From Chiloscyllium plagiosum (Eukaryota), in NCBI RefSeq assembly GCF_004010195.1, contig NC_057750.1:15103362-15167361 (forward strand): a DNA stretch of 64,000 bases. Reading direction: 5' to 3'. The notes beneath the pieces are model-generated. The model was given only the letters and a program-made list of their open reading frames with translations, had not been told where the DNA came from and did no database searches. The stretch's first letter is position 1; each line of letters begins with the position of its first letter. The position numbers and the translations under genes were made by a program. Positions 48,591 through 61,044 of this stretch are shown one piece after another.

Positions 48591-50045
48591 TTTAAATTGA
48601 AATTTAAGCCTCCTTTACTCAAAAGTAAACAGAAAGTAACAATCCGTCTATGCTTTTAAATTGAAAATGAACCATAGAATCCCTAGAGTGTGGAAACAGG
48701 CCATTTGGCCCACAAGTCCATACTGGTCCTCCAAAGTGTATTCCACCCAGACCCATTCCCCTATCCTATTACTTTACAGTTCCCCTGACTAATGCATCTA
48801 ACCTACATATCCCTGAACACTATGGGCTATTCAGCTTGAAACTCCCCTGGCATTGACTCTATCAAACACTGCCAGGACAGGTACAACACGGGCTTAGATA
48901 CAGGGTACAGCTCCCTTTACTCTTTTAAACTGAAAGTAAAGCCTTCTCTACACTGCCCACACCAAACTTCCATTTACATCTGCATATCTGCTATGTATAT
49001 GTACCATGTATATATCCTATGTGTATATGCTTTGTATATATACCATATGTTTATGTGCCTATGTATGCCCTTGTTATTTGAAAAAACAATGTAAAAAATC
49101 TTACCTTTTTGTGTCTCCTTACACTGGATGTACCAAAGCTCTTTTTTGCCAGTAAAGCACCCATTAAGTGCAGGAAACACTGAGCCAATTTGCATTCCAC
49201 AGTCTCCCTCCAACAGAAAGGTGATAATATCCACATGATCTCTTGTAGTGTCGATTGACAATTCGCAACTGGCCAGAATTGCTGAAAGGATTTCACATGC
49301 CCAGTGGATAATACCTTTCGGAAACATTTTATCAGATGATCTCACCACCAACAGTGCAGCAGCCCCTCGGTTTTGCATTTTATTTCATGCAAATCCCAGA
49401 GATTTGCCAAGTTGAAGGTGATCGGTCTGAGACTGCAGCCCCTCTATGTCTGTCTGTCTGTCTCTGTCTCTCTCCAGACAGACTGGAGGGAGACCTGGAA
49501 TATGAGTTTAGATCTTTGCATTTTACCCCATCCCATAAGAATTGAACCATTAACTCTCATTCCTTAACAGCAGCTTCTGTTTTCATTCATTGGATGTGGA
49601 TGTTACTGGCTAAGCCACCTCATTGCTGTGGGCCTAGGGTCACATGCCTGGTAAGGACAACAGCTTCCTTCACTAAAGGGTTCCCTCCACCAATCAGCAC
49701 AGTCATCATTAGACTCTTAATTCCAGAGTTTTATTGAATCCAGATTCCACCATCTGCCATGACAGGATTCGAACCTGCTTCCCCAGAAACAGTCCACGGA
49801 TCTTTGAATTTGTGAAGTAGTTATAATGTCACTAAGCCATTACCTCCCCAGTCACTGAGATGCAAGGCACTTTGTATCTGTAGTGCAGTATATAACCTGT
49901 GTTTATACTGCATATAGCAACTCCTTAAAAGAAAACTTGAGATGATAGCCTAGTGGTATAATCACTCGATCATTAATTCCGAATCTTCTGGGGGCCTGAG
50001 TTTGAATCCTGCCATGGCAAATGATGGAATTTGAATCCAATAAAT

Positions 50046-50312
50046 GGGTGGCACGGTGGCTCAGTGGTTAGCGCTGCTGCCTCACAGCACCAGGGTCCCA
50101 GGTTCGATTCCAGCTGCGGGCGACTGTCTGTGTGGAGTTTGCACATTCTCCCCTGCGTGAGTTTCCTCCAGGTGAATTGGCCATGGGAAATTGCCCACAG
50201 TGTTAGGTGCATTAGTCAGAGGGAAATGGGTCTGGGTGGGTTACTCTTCGGAGGGTCTGTGTGGACTGGTTGGGGCGAAGGGCCTGTTTCCACACTGTAG
50301 GGAATCTAATCT
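50046..50312 (+). mobile_element. HE1 SINE nested in the second SINE family (about 49940-50485)
   Basis: HE1 head, core and tail; host SINE resumes afterwards. Confidence 0.85.
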
Positions 50313-50958
50313 AAATGTGAAATGATGGCCATGAAGCCATTGTTGGGAAAACCCTATTTGGTTCACTAACCTGGTCTGGTCTGCACGTGACTCCAGAGTC
50401 AGTAATGTGGTTGACTCTTAACTGCCCTCTGGGCAATTAGGGTTGGGCCTAGCCAGTGATGCTGACGTCCCGTAAATGAATATAAAATCCTTCTGTCTAC
50501 TTGTTATATTTTAGATCTCGATGATCTCTGGAACGCTGCTGTGTTTGTGTGTACAGCTGACAAGGGTGTGCGCTATCAATAACTAAAAGAACCACATTTC
50601 TAAAGTGGTCAATGTAACCAGGCAGAACCGGAGTGCCTCAGGCTCACGTAGTTGACACCAGCACTCAGATGTTATCGTGTTGAGGCAGCTGTACGTGCAG
50701 CTCTGCGCAGTTTCAATGTCAGCTCCAGACCTCAGTGAGTCAGAGCTCAGTCCACAGCATTCCTCACACTACCCCCGCCACCAAATCCAGCTGCTGGGAA
50801 AACAGTGTGAAAACTGCAAGGGCGGTAGCAGCCCCAGCACTGGGTTTAAATAAACTACCCTCTGCAGGAGTTTCACAACGAAATTGCATTGCGCAGTGAT
50901 AAAAACAGAATGCGAAAGTCTATCTGACAGGAGCAAATCCTGCAGGATTACAGAGATT

Positions 50959-51535
50959 AACCCTTACCCTGCTGAACAACATAAAGTGACTGTGTACAGT
51001 TACAAAGTAACTCTTTCTCTGCTGAACAACATAAAGTTGACTGTGTACAGTTACAGAGTAACCCTTACCCTGCTGAACAACAGGGGGGCCGAAGGGCCTG
51101 TTTCCACATTGTAGGAAATCTAATTTTATTGAGGCGCGTGGATGGGGTAAATAGACAAGGTCTTTTTCCTGGGGTTGGGGGAGTCCAAGTCTAGAGTGCA
51201 TAGGTTTAAGGTGAGAGGGGAAAGATATAAAAGGGGCAACTTTTTCACACATAGGGTGGTGCATGTATGAAATGAGCTGCCAAAGGAATAGAACATTTAA
51301 AAGGCATCTGGATGGGTATATGAATGGGTTAGAGGGATATGGGCCAAATGCTGGCAAGTGGGACGAGATTTATATAAGATATGCTGTCAGCATGGATGAA
51401 TTGGACCAAAGGGTCTGTTTCCATGCTGTATATCTCTAGTTCTATGACTAGATAGAGTAATAGAGTAACCCTTACCCTGCTCAATGAACAGTGACTTTGT
51501 GCATTTACAGGGTAACCCTTACTGTGCTAAATGAA
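50959..51535. repeat. About 50-bp tandem repeat interrupted by HE1 tail and CR1 fragment
   Basis: aacccttaccctgctgaacaac units at 50959, 51009, 51060 and degenerate units at 51465-51535. Confidence 0.7.
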
Positions 51536-52296
51536 ATTAAAAATCACACAACACCAGGTTATAGTCCAACAGGTTTAATTGGAAGCACACTAGCTTTCGG
51601 AGCAACACTCCTTCTTCAGGTGATTGTGGAGGGCTCGATCGTAACACAGAATTTATAGCAAAAATTTGCAGTGTGATGTAACTGAAATTATACATTGAAA
51701 AATTGATTGTCTGTTAAGCCTTTCACCTGTTAGAATACAGTGATAGTTTCACTTCTTTCACGTGTAAATCACAAAACCCTTTTTTTTAAAAGTTGCATTC
51801 TCGGGTTAGCTGTTAACAATGGTGATAGCTAGACCATATGTTGAAGGTGTTGGCCAGATATCACCATTGTTAACAGCTAACCCGAGAATGCAACCTTAAA
51901 AAAAAGGTTTTGTGATTTAGACATGAAAGAAGTGAAACTATCACTGTATTCTAAAAGATGAAAGGCTTAACAGACAATCAATTTTTCAATGTATAATTTC
52001 AGTTACATCACACTGCAAATTTTTGCTATAAATTCAATGTTACGATCGAGCCCTCCACAATCACCTGATGAAGGAATATCTATGTGTGTGTGTGTATAGT
52101 GCAATGGTGATCACCTGTAATGTGACATGAACCCAAGGTCCCGGTTGAGGCCCTCCAGAGGGCCTCAATCACCTGATGAAGGAGCGTCGCTCCGAAAGCT
52201 AGTGTGCTTCCAATTAAACCTGTTGGACTATAACCTGGTGTTGTGTGATTTTTAACTTTGTACACCCCAGTCCAACACCGGCATCTCCAAATCATA
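51536..52296. mobile_element. Inverted (fold-back) family B PLE insertion with two intact hammerhead cores
   Basis: Arms 51609-51827 / 51859-52075; cores at 51591-51619 (minus) and 52173-52201 (plus); TSD tgctaaatgaa at 51525-51535 and 52297-52307. Confidence 0.85.
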
Positions 52297-54371
52297 TGCT
52301 AAATGAACTGTGACTCTGTACAGTTAGTCACACATTAAGTGGAACAAAGAATAGAGCTGTCGATTTAAGAGGCTGGGGAATGATGCAGCAGAATAAGTGG
52401 AAAAATCACATTATTTCATGTTGCCCTACTCAAGACTGGGGGTGATTATTCCATATCCTTGGGTGAACCTTCAGCACCTTCACACCCCCCAAAAAAACTG
52501 GAGACAATTAACTTCCAAAACTGAATAATGTGTGTTACTACATGATAATTTATCAGTTAATGTACTAAATCAGTTATAATTTCTGAATGATTTATACAGC
52601 ACGGAAACAGATTCTTTAGTTCAACTTCTCCGTGCTGACCAGATATCCCAATCTAACCTAATGCAGTTTGTCAGCATTTGGCCCAAATCTCTCTAAACCC
52701 TTCCCATTCATGTACCAGCCTCCACCACTTCCTCTGGCAGCTCACTCCATATACACACCAACCTCTGTTAAAAAAGTTACCCCTCAGGTCCTTGTTAAAT
52801 CTTTCCCCCTCACCTGAAACCTATCCCCTCTTGTTTTGGACTCTCCCAACCTAGAAGAAAGACCTTAGCCATTCACCCAATCCATGCCCCTCATGATTTT
52901 AGAAACCCCTATAAGGTCACCCCCTCAGCCTCCAACAATCCAAGGGAAAAAGTACTTTTGGACTTGTGAAACATGTTCTAAAGTAGAGGTTATTGCGGTG
53001 TATGGGTAATTGTATAGTATAGCTTCTTCCCAAATGTTTTCCCACAGTGACCCCATTGTGACATTTGAAAATTGTTACAGTAAAACCTGAGAAGTGGGAG
53101 GTAAGAGAATGGAGACCCAAGTGAGCAGGGGTCAGGGGAGACGAACCCTGTGAGAGTAAAGGGAGAGGATTACCAATTTACATTCTCGCTAGCCTATGCC
53201 TTGCACAGGATCTGTATCAGGGATGAAATGCACAATGTCCCTTGTGATATGGCTCCCATGTGGTAAGACTGTATCAAGTGCTCCTGGAACAAAGCTGACT
53301 ATTAGAATTCAGAATGTGGCTTTCCACAGTTTCAGATGTTCGAAACGTACAATCAAGTTGTCCGAAAGAGGCCTCACCAATGTCCTGTACAACCTCAACA
53401 TGGCCTCCCAACTCCTATACTCAAAGCTCTAAGCAATGAAGACAAGCGTGCTAAACATCTTCTTAACCAACCTGTCTGAATGTGACACAAACTTCAAAGA
53501 ATTATGTACCTGAGCCCCTATGTCTCTCTGTTCCACAGCACTACCCAAGGCCTTATGTTTAATTGTGTAAGTCCTGCCCTTGTTTGTTTTACCAAAATGT
53601 AATACCCAAATGAAACTCCATCTGCCACTCAACCCATTGACCCAACTGATCAAGATCTCTTTCTAATCTCACCAAGATCTTCCCCACGCCTCCACCTCTT
53701 GTCTTTAAACAACCACCAAGCCTCAAACAGATCATTGTTCACAGCAAACTGCCCAACCTTCAGGACAACACCATATAACCCTGTCACGGCAGACGCTGCA
53801 AGACGTGTCAGAGTGTCGACACGGACACCGCCATTACACATGGGGACACCACATACGCAACTGGTACTCGTGTGACTCTGCCAACATTGTCTACCTCATA
53901 AACTGCAGGCAGGGATGCCCTGAGGCAGGGTACACTAGCGAGACTGAGCAGAGGCTGCGGCAATGGATGAATGGACACTGCACAACAATCACCAGCCAGG
54001 AGTGTTCCCTCCCAGTCGGGAAGCACTTCACCGGTCTGGGACATTCAGCCTTAGACCTTCAGGTGACTATCCTCCAGGGTGGACTTCAGGACAGGCAACA
54101 ACGCAAGGTGGCTGAGCAGAGGCTGATAGCCAAATTTGGTACGCACACACTCTCTCTCTCTCACACACATGCGCACACACTCTCACATACACACACACAC
54201 ACACTGTCTCACACACACACNNNNNNNNNNNNNNNNNNNNNNNNNNNNNNNNNNNNNNNNNCACACACACTCTCTCTCTCACACACACTCTCTCTCACAC
54301 ACACATGCGCACACACTCTCATATACACACACAAGCACACACTGTCACTCTCTCACACACACACACACACA

Positions 54372-55404
54372 AGTGCTGAATGTCTTGAAATGCATGAAGG
54401 TGGATAAATCCCCAGGACCTGATCAGGTGGACCCTAGAACTCTGTGGGAAGCTAGAAAAGTGATTGCTGGGCCTCTTGCTGAGATATTTGTATCATCGAT
54501 AGTCACAGGTGAGGTGCCGGAAGACTAGAGGTTGGCTAACGTGTTCCAACGGTTTAAGAAAGGTGGTAAGGACAAGCCAGGGAACTATAGAGCAGTGAGC
54601 CTGATGTCGGTGGAGGGCAAGTTGTTGGAGGGAATCCTGAGGGACAGGATGTACATGTATTTGGAAAGGCAAGGACTGATTAGGGATAATCAGCATGGCT
54701 TTGTGTGTGGGAAATCATGTCTCACAAACTTGATTGAGTTTTTTGAAGAAGTAACAAAGCGGATTGATGAGGGCAGAGCAGTAGATGTGATCTATATGGA
54801 CTTCAGTAAGGCGTTCGACAAGGTTCCCCATGGGAGACTGATGAGCAAGGTTAGATCTCATGGAATACAGAGAGAACTAGCCATTTGGATACAGAACTGG
54901 CTCAAAAGTAGAAGACAGAGGATGGTGGTGGAGGGTTGTTTTTCAGACTGGAGGCCTGTGACCAGTGGAGGATCGGTGCTGGGTCCACTACTTTTCATCA
55001 TTTATATAAATAATTTGGAGGGGTGACCTTATAGAGGTTTACAAAATTATGAGGGGCATGGATAGGATAAATAGACAAAGTCTTTTCTCTGGAGTGGGGG
55101 AGTACAGAACTAGAGGGCATAGGTTTAGGGTGAGAGGGGAAAGATATAAAAGAGACCTAAGGGGCAACTTTTTCACACAGAGGATGGTATGTGTATGGAA
55201 TGAGCTGCCAGAGGAAGTGGTGGAGGCTGGTACAATTGCAACATTTAAAAGGCTATATCAATAGGCTATATCAATAGGAAGGGTTTGGGGGGATATAGGC
55301 CGGGTGCTGACAGGTGGGACTAGATTGGGTTGGGATATCTGGTCGGCATGGACAAGTTGGACCGAAGAGTCTTTTTCCGTGTTGTACATCTCTATGACTC
55401 TATG
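54372..55404 (+). mobile_element. CR1/HER1 LINE (RT N-terminal part joined to 3' end)
   Basis: KSPGPD, KKGGKDKPGNYRAVSL, SCLTNLIEFFEEVT, VDVIYMDFSKAFDKVPH, GSVLGPLLFIIYIN. Confidence 0.93.
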
Positions 55405-55980
55405 ACCCTCCTGCAGACCAACACACCCACACAGACCCTCGCTCTCTCTCAAATGCTCACACACACACCCACACCTCCCACACTCACACCCACACATGCA
55501 CCCTCTCAAAGAGTTATATCTCATTACACTCACACATACACACACTCTCTCACAGACACTCACACCCCACACACACCCCCACATGCACACACACTCAGTC
55601 TCCCCTGCACACACACGTCTAAGTTTGTGGGGTGAATTTGTACTTGCAGAATGACATTTTATTTTGTTCAAAAACTGCATAAATCCATGTAAAATTCCCA
55701 CTTTAGAAATAGAATCAGTCTGACCTAACATTGGGACACAGACAGACTTTAACCTCTCACCGTCAATGCATTATCTGAGCTAAACTAACACCTATTGTTA
55801 AAAGCTATGTTGAGAATGTAACTTCTAAAAAAGTTCTGGAATTTTCATATGAAGGAACCGAAACTAACATGATTAATCTAAAAGATGAAAGCTTCAAGCT
55901 AAATGTGTTTAATATTATTCCATGACACTGCAATCCTGTTGCTATAAATTCTGTGTCATTTGATTCTGTTCCATAATCAC

Positions 55981-56009
55981 CTGATGAAGGAGCAGCGCTC
56001 TGAAAGCTA
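55981..56009 (+). ncRNA. Minimal hammerhead ribozyme motif (family B) at PLE 3' end
   Basis: cac-CUGAUGA-A-GGAGC-agc-GCUCU-GAAAGCUA-gug. Confidence 0.7.
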
Positions 56010-57567
56010 GTGCTTCCAAATAAACCTGTTGGACTATAACCTGGTGTTGTGTGATTTTTAACTTTGTCCCCCCCAGTCCAACACCGGCATCTCCAAATCA
56101 TTAGACAACATTCTTCGCTACACCACCAATTTTGGTGTCATCTGCCTTCTATATTCTTGTCTGAATCATTTATATAAACGACAAACAAAAGTGGATTCAG
56201 CATCAGTCCCTGTGGAACACCGCTGGTAACAGGCCTCCAGTCTGAAAAAACTGACCTCCATTATCACACCTGCTGTTAAGCCAATTTTGCATCCAATTGG
56301 CAAGCTCACCCTGAATCCTAACTTTACGAGTTAGCCTACTATGTGGAACCTTGTCAAAGGCTTTAAAGTGTGAGGAGAAAGATTTATAAAAGTCATGAGG
56401 GGCAACCGTTTTACACAGAGTGTTGTTCATGTGTGGAATGAACTTCCAGAGGAAGTGGTAGATGAAGGTACAGTTACAACGTTTAAATAATATTTAGATA
56501 AGTACATAATATGAAAGATTTGGAGGGATATGGGCCAAACACAGGCTGTTGACTATTATAGCCAGTGTGGACTGGTTGGGCCAAAGGGCCTGTTTCCGTG
56601 CTGTATGACTCTAAGTTCCTTCACATCATCTTTTTGGACAACATCACATTCTATTAATGAGGCAGATGACCCAACGAGTTGTTTATGTGTCACCGAGGCA
56701 CAGAGGGTAAGTTTTGATCAGCTTTAGCTAAGAAAAGTGTCAGTCATCACTTGCCACGGGAACTGGGTGGATCAAGAGGACGTGGGCAAAGATCAGTCGG
56801 AAAGGACCTTGCTTCACTTGTCTTTCTTCCTCTTCAGACTTCTGCTTATACTATCAATATAGAGAATAGGAACAGCCTTCTGAGTCAGCTCCCAAACTGA
56901 ATGTGATCATGGCTGATCACCCTGTCTCTGCTTTCTCCCCCCCTACCCTCTTTTCTGTTTAGCCTTAAGAGCTGAATATAACTCCTCCTTGAAGGCAGTC
57001 CATGTTTTGGCCTGAACCACTGTCCGTAGCAGAGAGTTGCAGAGGATCCCCACTCTCTGGGTGAAGTCATTTCTTCCCATCTCAGTCTCAAATGGCCTAC
57101 CCAATGTCCTTAGACTGGGACCCCTGGTTCTGGACTACCTGGCCATCAGGAACATCCTTCCTGCATTAGCTCTATCTGTGGCCAAGCTAACTGTTGTTCA
57201 ACCTGCCTTAATGCCACATGGCCTTGTCTAGATAGTTACAGCTGTGTGGGTAGTTCATTCAGTTAACTACCGCTTCCTCTTTTTCATGTCCTTTCACTGT
57301 AGGGGTGCCAGCCTGGTTTGTCTAGGGGTTGCTGCGCAGTTCATGGGCACATTGTTGCCATCCAGATTTGTGGCAATTCCAGGAGTTCAGTCCATTTGTT
57401 AAAAAAGTGTCATTTTAACATCTTGTGCTACCATTTGCCATGCTGAGACTGAGAGATAATGGAAGCAAAATCCTGAAGGATGCTGGAAATCCGAAACAGA
57501 CATAGAAAATTCCAGAGAAGCTCAACAGGTCTGGCAGCATCAGTGGAAAGAGAGAAGCAGAGCTAAT

Positions 57568-57880
57568 GGGTGGCACGGTGGTACAGTGGTTAGCACGGCT
57601 GCCTTGCAGCATCAGGGACCTGGGTTCAGTTCCAGCTTCGGGTTCCACAGTGTGTGGAGTTTGGACATTCTCCCTATGTCTGCATGGGTGTCCTCCCACA
57701 GTCCAAAACTATACAGGTTGGTTGGATTGGCCATAGAAAATTGCCTGTCGTCTCCAGGGATTAGCCATGGGAAATGCATGGTTGCAGGGATGGGGTGGGT
57801 CTGGGAGAGAGGCTTCTCAGATGGTCAGTGCAAACCCAATGGGCCCCATGGCCTACTCCCACCCTGGAGGGATTCCCTGA
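57568..57880 (+). mobile_element. HE1-like SINE (diverged)
   Basis: gggtggcacggtggtacagtggttagcac head and core. Confidence 0.75.
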
Positions 57881-59800
57881 GAGACTCTAAGATGTGAATA
57901 GTAAAGCCTTTGTGTGGAAAAGTCTGTCAATTAACAAGCAGGGGAGGGTGAATGGGAACCCTGGGCCTATAGGGATTGCATTATCCTACAGGGCAGCACT
58001 GAACTCAAAAACCCAAGTTGGGCTGGTTCAGAATCCCATGTTAGCCTGACTGATCCAAACATTTCTGCCTTTTCAAACCACACAGTTTGAGTTTGCAGAG
58101 CGGGCAAGTTTTCTGTTCTGTATTTTCTTAGCAGAGGAGAAGTGAAGCTGAGAACCCTCCCTGCTCACCCAGGCAAAGAAAGATCCCACAACACGACAGG
58201 AGTTCTCCCAGTGTCCCGGCCAACATCCCTCCCTCAGAAACAGAATCGATGGCATTGATCTGGTGGGTGTTTGTCGATGGATGATTTGTCAGTGGGAGAA
58301 TGAATGCTTCACTTCAAACAGCAATATGTGTGACATCTCATTAACTCACACCTCTGACTCAATGACTGGAAAATGAGCAGATTCCTGGTGACGGCACCCC
58401 GTCCCCCTCCAATTTAATGAATGACAGGTTTTGGACACCAATGGTGAGGGTGGTCCTCACTAAACAGAGTCAGGACAAGAAAGGATCTCTCTGCAGCCAG
58501 GTGTCTCTATACAAACCCCTTATGCACTGATGGGGAGACACGTACAAATCTGTACACTTACAAGGAATTACAGACCCGACTCATCATCTTAAACTCAGAA
58601 AATTAGGAGAAAATCACATCACTTTGCATCTGCATCTGGAAGACCATCCCCATGGTGAAAGACTCCTTTGCTCTTCCCGAAACCTGTTGGTCTTCTGAGC
58701 AAGACGTTAACCTCAGCTGAGGGTTGCAGGCTGGCACATTCCAAGGTCTGGGACCACGTGCTGAGGGATGCACTATAACTTGGGGCCATGCTGCCAAGGC
58801 GCAGTGGGGAGAGACCACCATTAAAGGTCTTTTTGCCAAAGTTAAACAGGGGGTCTGTTATCAGACCTTCCCAGTGCCTCAAATCCATGTAAGTATGGTC
58901 GTTTACAAGGTAGAAGTGCCTGGGGTTTGAGTCAAACTTCAATGTTTGTTTGTTCCTTCAATATGATACTATACAGAACCAAACCACATTAGTGACTATA
59001 TATGTGTATATTTTTATGAATAAATTATATTGTTGAAATTTTTTTAAAAATCACTAAATGGTCAATAAACACCCTGTGACCTGCTCTAGGTTATATTTAA
59101 AATTGAGTAGCCCCATGGAAAATGAAAGGAAATTGATCTTTCTTCTTGTGACTGCTATACCCTGTAACTATTTCCATTCGTCTTTTTCAATATCAGTAAT
59201 TTGAGGACTTGCGTTTCTATAGCCCCATTTACAGTGAAGCAATTTACAGACAATGAACTGGCATCAGGAAATGGAGCTACATGTTTACTCAGGAGCAGCA
59301 GTGTGTCCCATCATGCACTGCAGAAATGCACTAAAGATCCTCAGTCAGCACCTTCCAAACCCACAGCCACTTCCTTGTAGAAGGACAAGGGCTGCAGATA
59401 CATGGGAACACCACCTCCTGCAAGTTCCCCTCCAAACCACTCACCATCCTGGCTTGGAATTTATTGCTATTCCCTCACTGTCGCTGGGTCAAAATCCTGG
59501 AATTCCCTCCCTAAGGGCATTGTGGGTCAACCCACAGCAGGTGGACTGCAGTGGTTCAAGGAGGTAGCTCACCCCCACCTTCTCAAGGGGCAACTAGGGA
59601 TGGGTATTAAATGCTGGGCCCAGCCAGCAACACCCACATCCTATGAGCAATCAAAAAAATCTACTAGCTATTTAACAGAATTTATTCAATGCTAACAGGC
59701 AGGATCTGGATAGGCCAGAAGGCTAGTTTTGAGTGACAGTTTCTGTGTCAATCTTGTCCCATTCCCTATGTGTATCCCACGATCTCTCTGTTCTTTTCAG

Positions 59801-60919
59801 GATCCCGCTTTCACTCAGGGCGGTACAGCTATATCAGCTGCAACAAAACACTGTAAGTTCTGGAAGTCTGAAACAAACACTCACTTCCCTTCTATCCCGG
59901 GTCCATCTCCATCACCTTTTCCAACCTTTCCCCAGTTGCGCTCCTTGCCCTCGTCCCACCCATCAGCCAACTCTTCCTCTCCCTGTGCCATCCCGAATGT
60001 GTCCTCGCTCTATCCCTGTAATTGGATCTTTATGGGAAGCTCAATGGAGACAGGACCTGGAGAAATGTAACAGGTCCCAAAGATCTCCTTTGGTGCTTCC
60101 AAACCAACCTGTTGGACTATAACCTGGGGTTGTGTGATTTTTAACCTCATTCCACATTGTTTGTGATGTTTGCTGCTTTTTAAGCCCACGAGAGGCTGCA
60201 GAGGAAGAGTATAACCAACAATACCCCTCTGATCACATAACACATGGAATCAAGTCAAACAGGAATCTTTCACAATATACAATACCCGGCAATGATACAC
60301 GCCAATCTGCACAGGAGCTTGAAATGCCAGTGGCTATTCTGCAAGAAGCCAGGGCATTTCCTCCTAATCTGTCAGCAGAGCTGTCTGACCCTCCCGTTTT
60401 CCCGTAAGGATACAAGTTACAGGGATAGAGCGAGGACACGTTTGGGATGGGACAGGGAAAGGAAGAGTTGGCTGATGGATCAGGACGAGGGCAAGGAGTG
60501 CAACTGGTGAAAGATTGGAAAAGGTGATGGAGATGGAAAGGATACAAGTTACAGGGATAGAGCGAGGACACGTTTGGGATGGGACAGGGAAAGGAAGAGT
60601 TGGCTGATGGATCTGCCAACTGGTGGCAAGGAGTGCAACTGGTGAAAGATTGGAAAAGGTGATGGAGATGGACCCGGGATAGAAGGGAAGTGAGTTTGAA
60701 AGGGAGGGGGAATGAAATGGGGCGTGGTAGTATGAGGTAATGGTTCTGAAAGGGTGAAGCTGCATTAAGCACCACCCAATCTGATAGTCCTGGGTGGAGA
60801 AGCCGGAATGGGACGTGCGGTCCCAATGGACACTGATGTGTCATTTCTGGCTTCTGGTAGATGCAATGATCATGTCTAATTAGCTAGCGTAACCTGTACT
60901 AATGTCTTTCAGGCAATGA
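59801..60919 (+). CDS. Tentative spliced 3' exons of an unidentified gene (59801-59852, 60185-60403, 60913-60919)
   Basis: AG/GT boundaries and compatible phases give SRFHSGRYSYISCNKTL-PREAAEEEYNQQYPSDH...ELSDPPVFP-Q*; no recognisable homology. Confidence 0.3.
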
Positions 60920-61044
60920 GAGACAGATTTTGTTAAGACTCCCATCATCTATCAATGCTAATCCAAATCTTTGACAGAAGCGAGGACTGGGGACATCACT
61001 GAACCCCACATAGCAGGGAATGGTTTTCCAGCAGATGAACAACA

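Larger units (their letters stand above)
53665..56100 (+). mobile_element. 5'-truncated Penelope-like element (GIY-YIG endonuclease remnant, CA-rich spacer, hammerhead terminus), interrupted by CR1
   Basis: PCHGRRCKTC linker, SCDSANIVYLINC...ETEQRLRQWMNGH...PVGKHF...AEQRLIAKFGT; stop and frameshift; ends in the family B terminus. Confidence 0.85.

Noticed and set aside
58619..58942. 107-aa minus-strand ORF in unique sequence
   Set aside because: No recognisable domain, weak acceptor and non-ATG start; cannot be supported without a search
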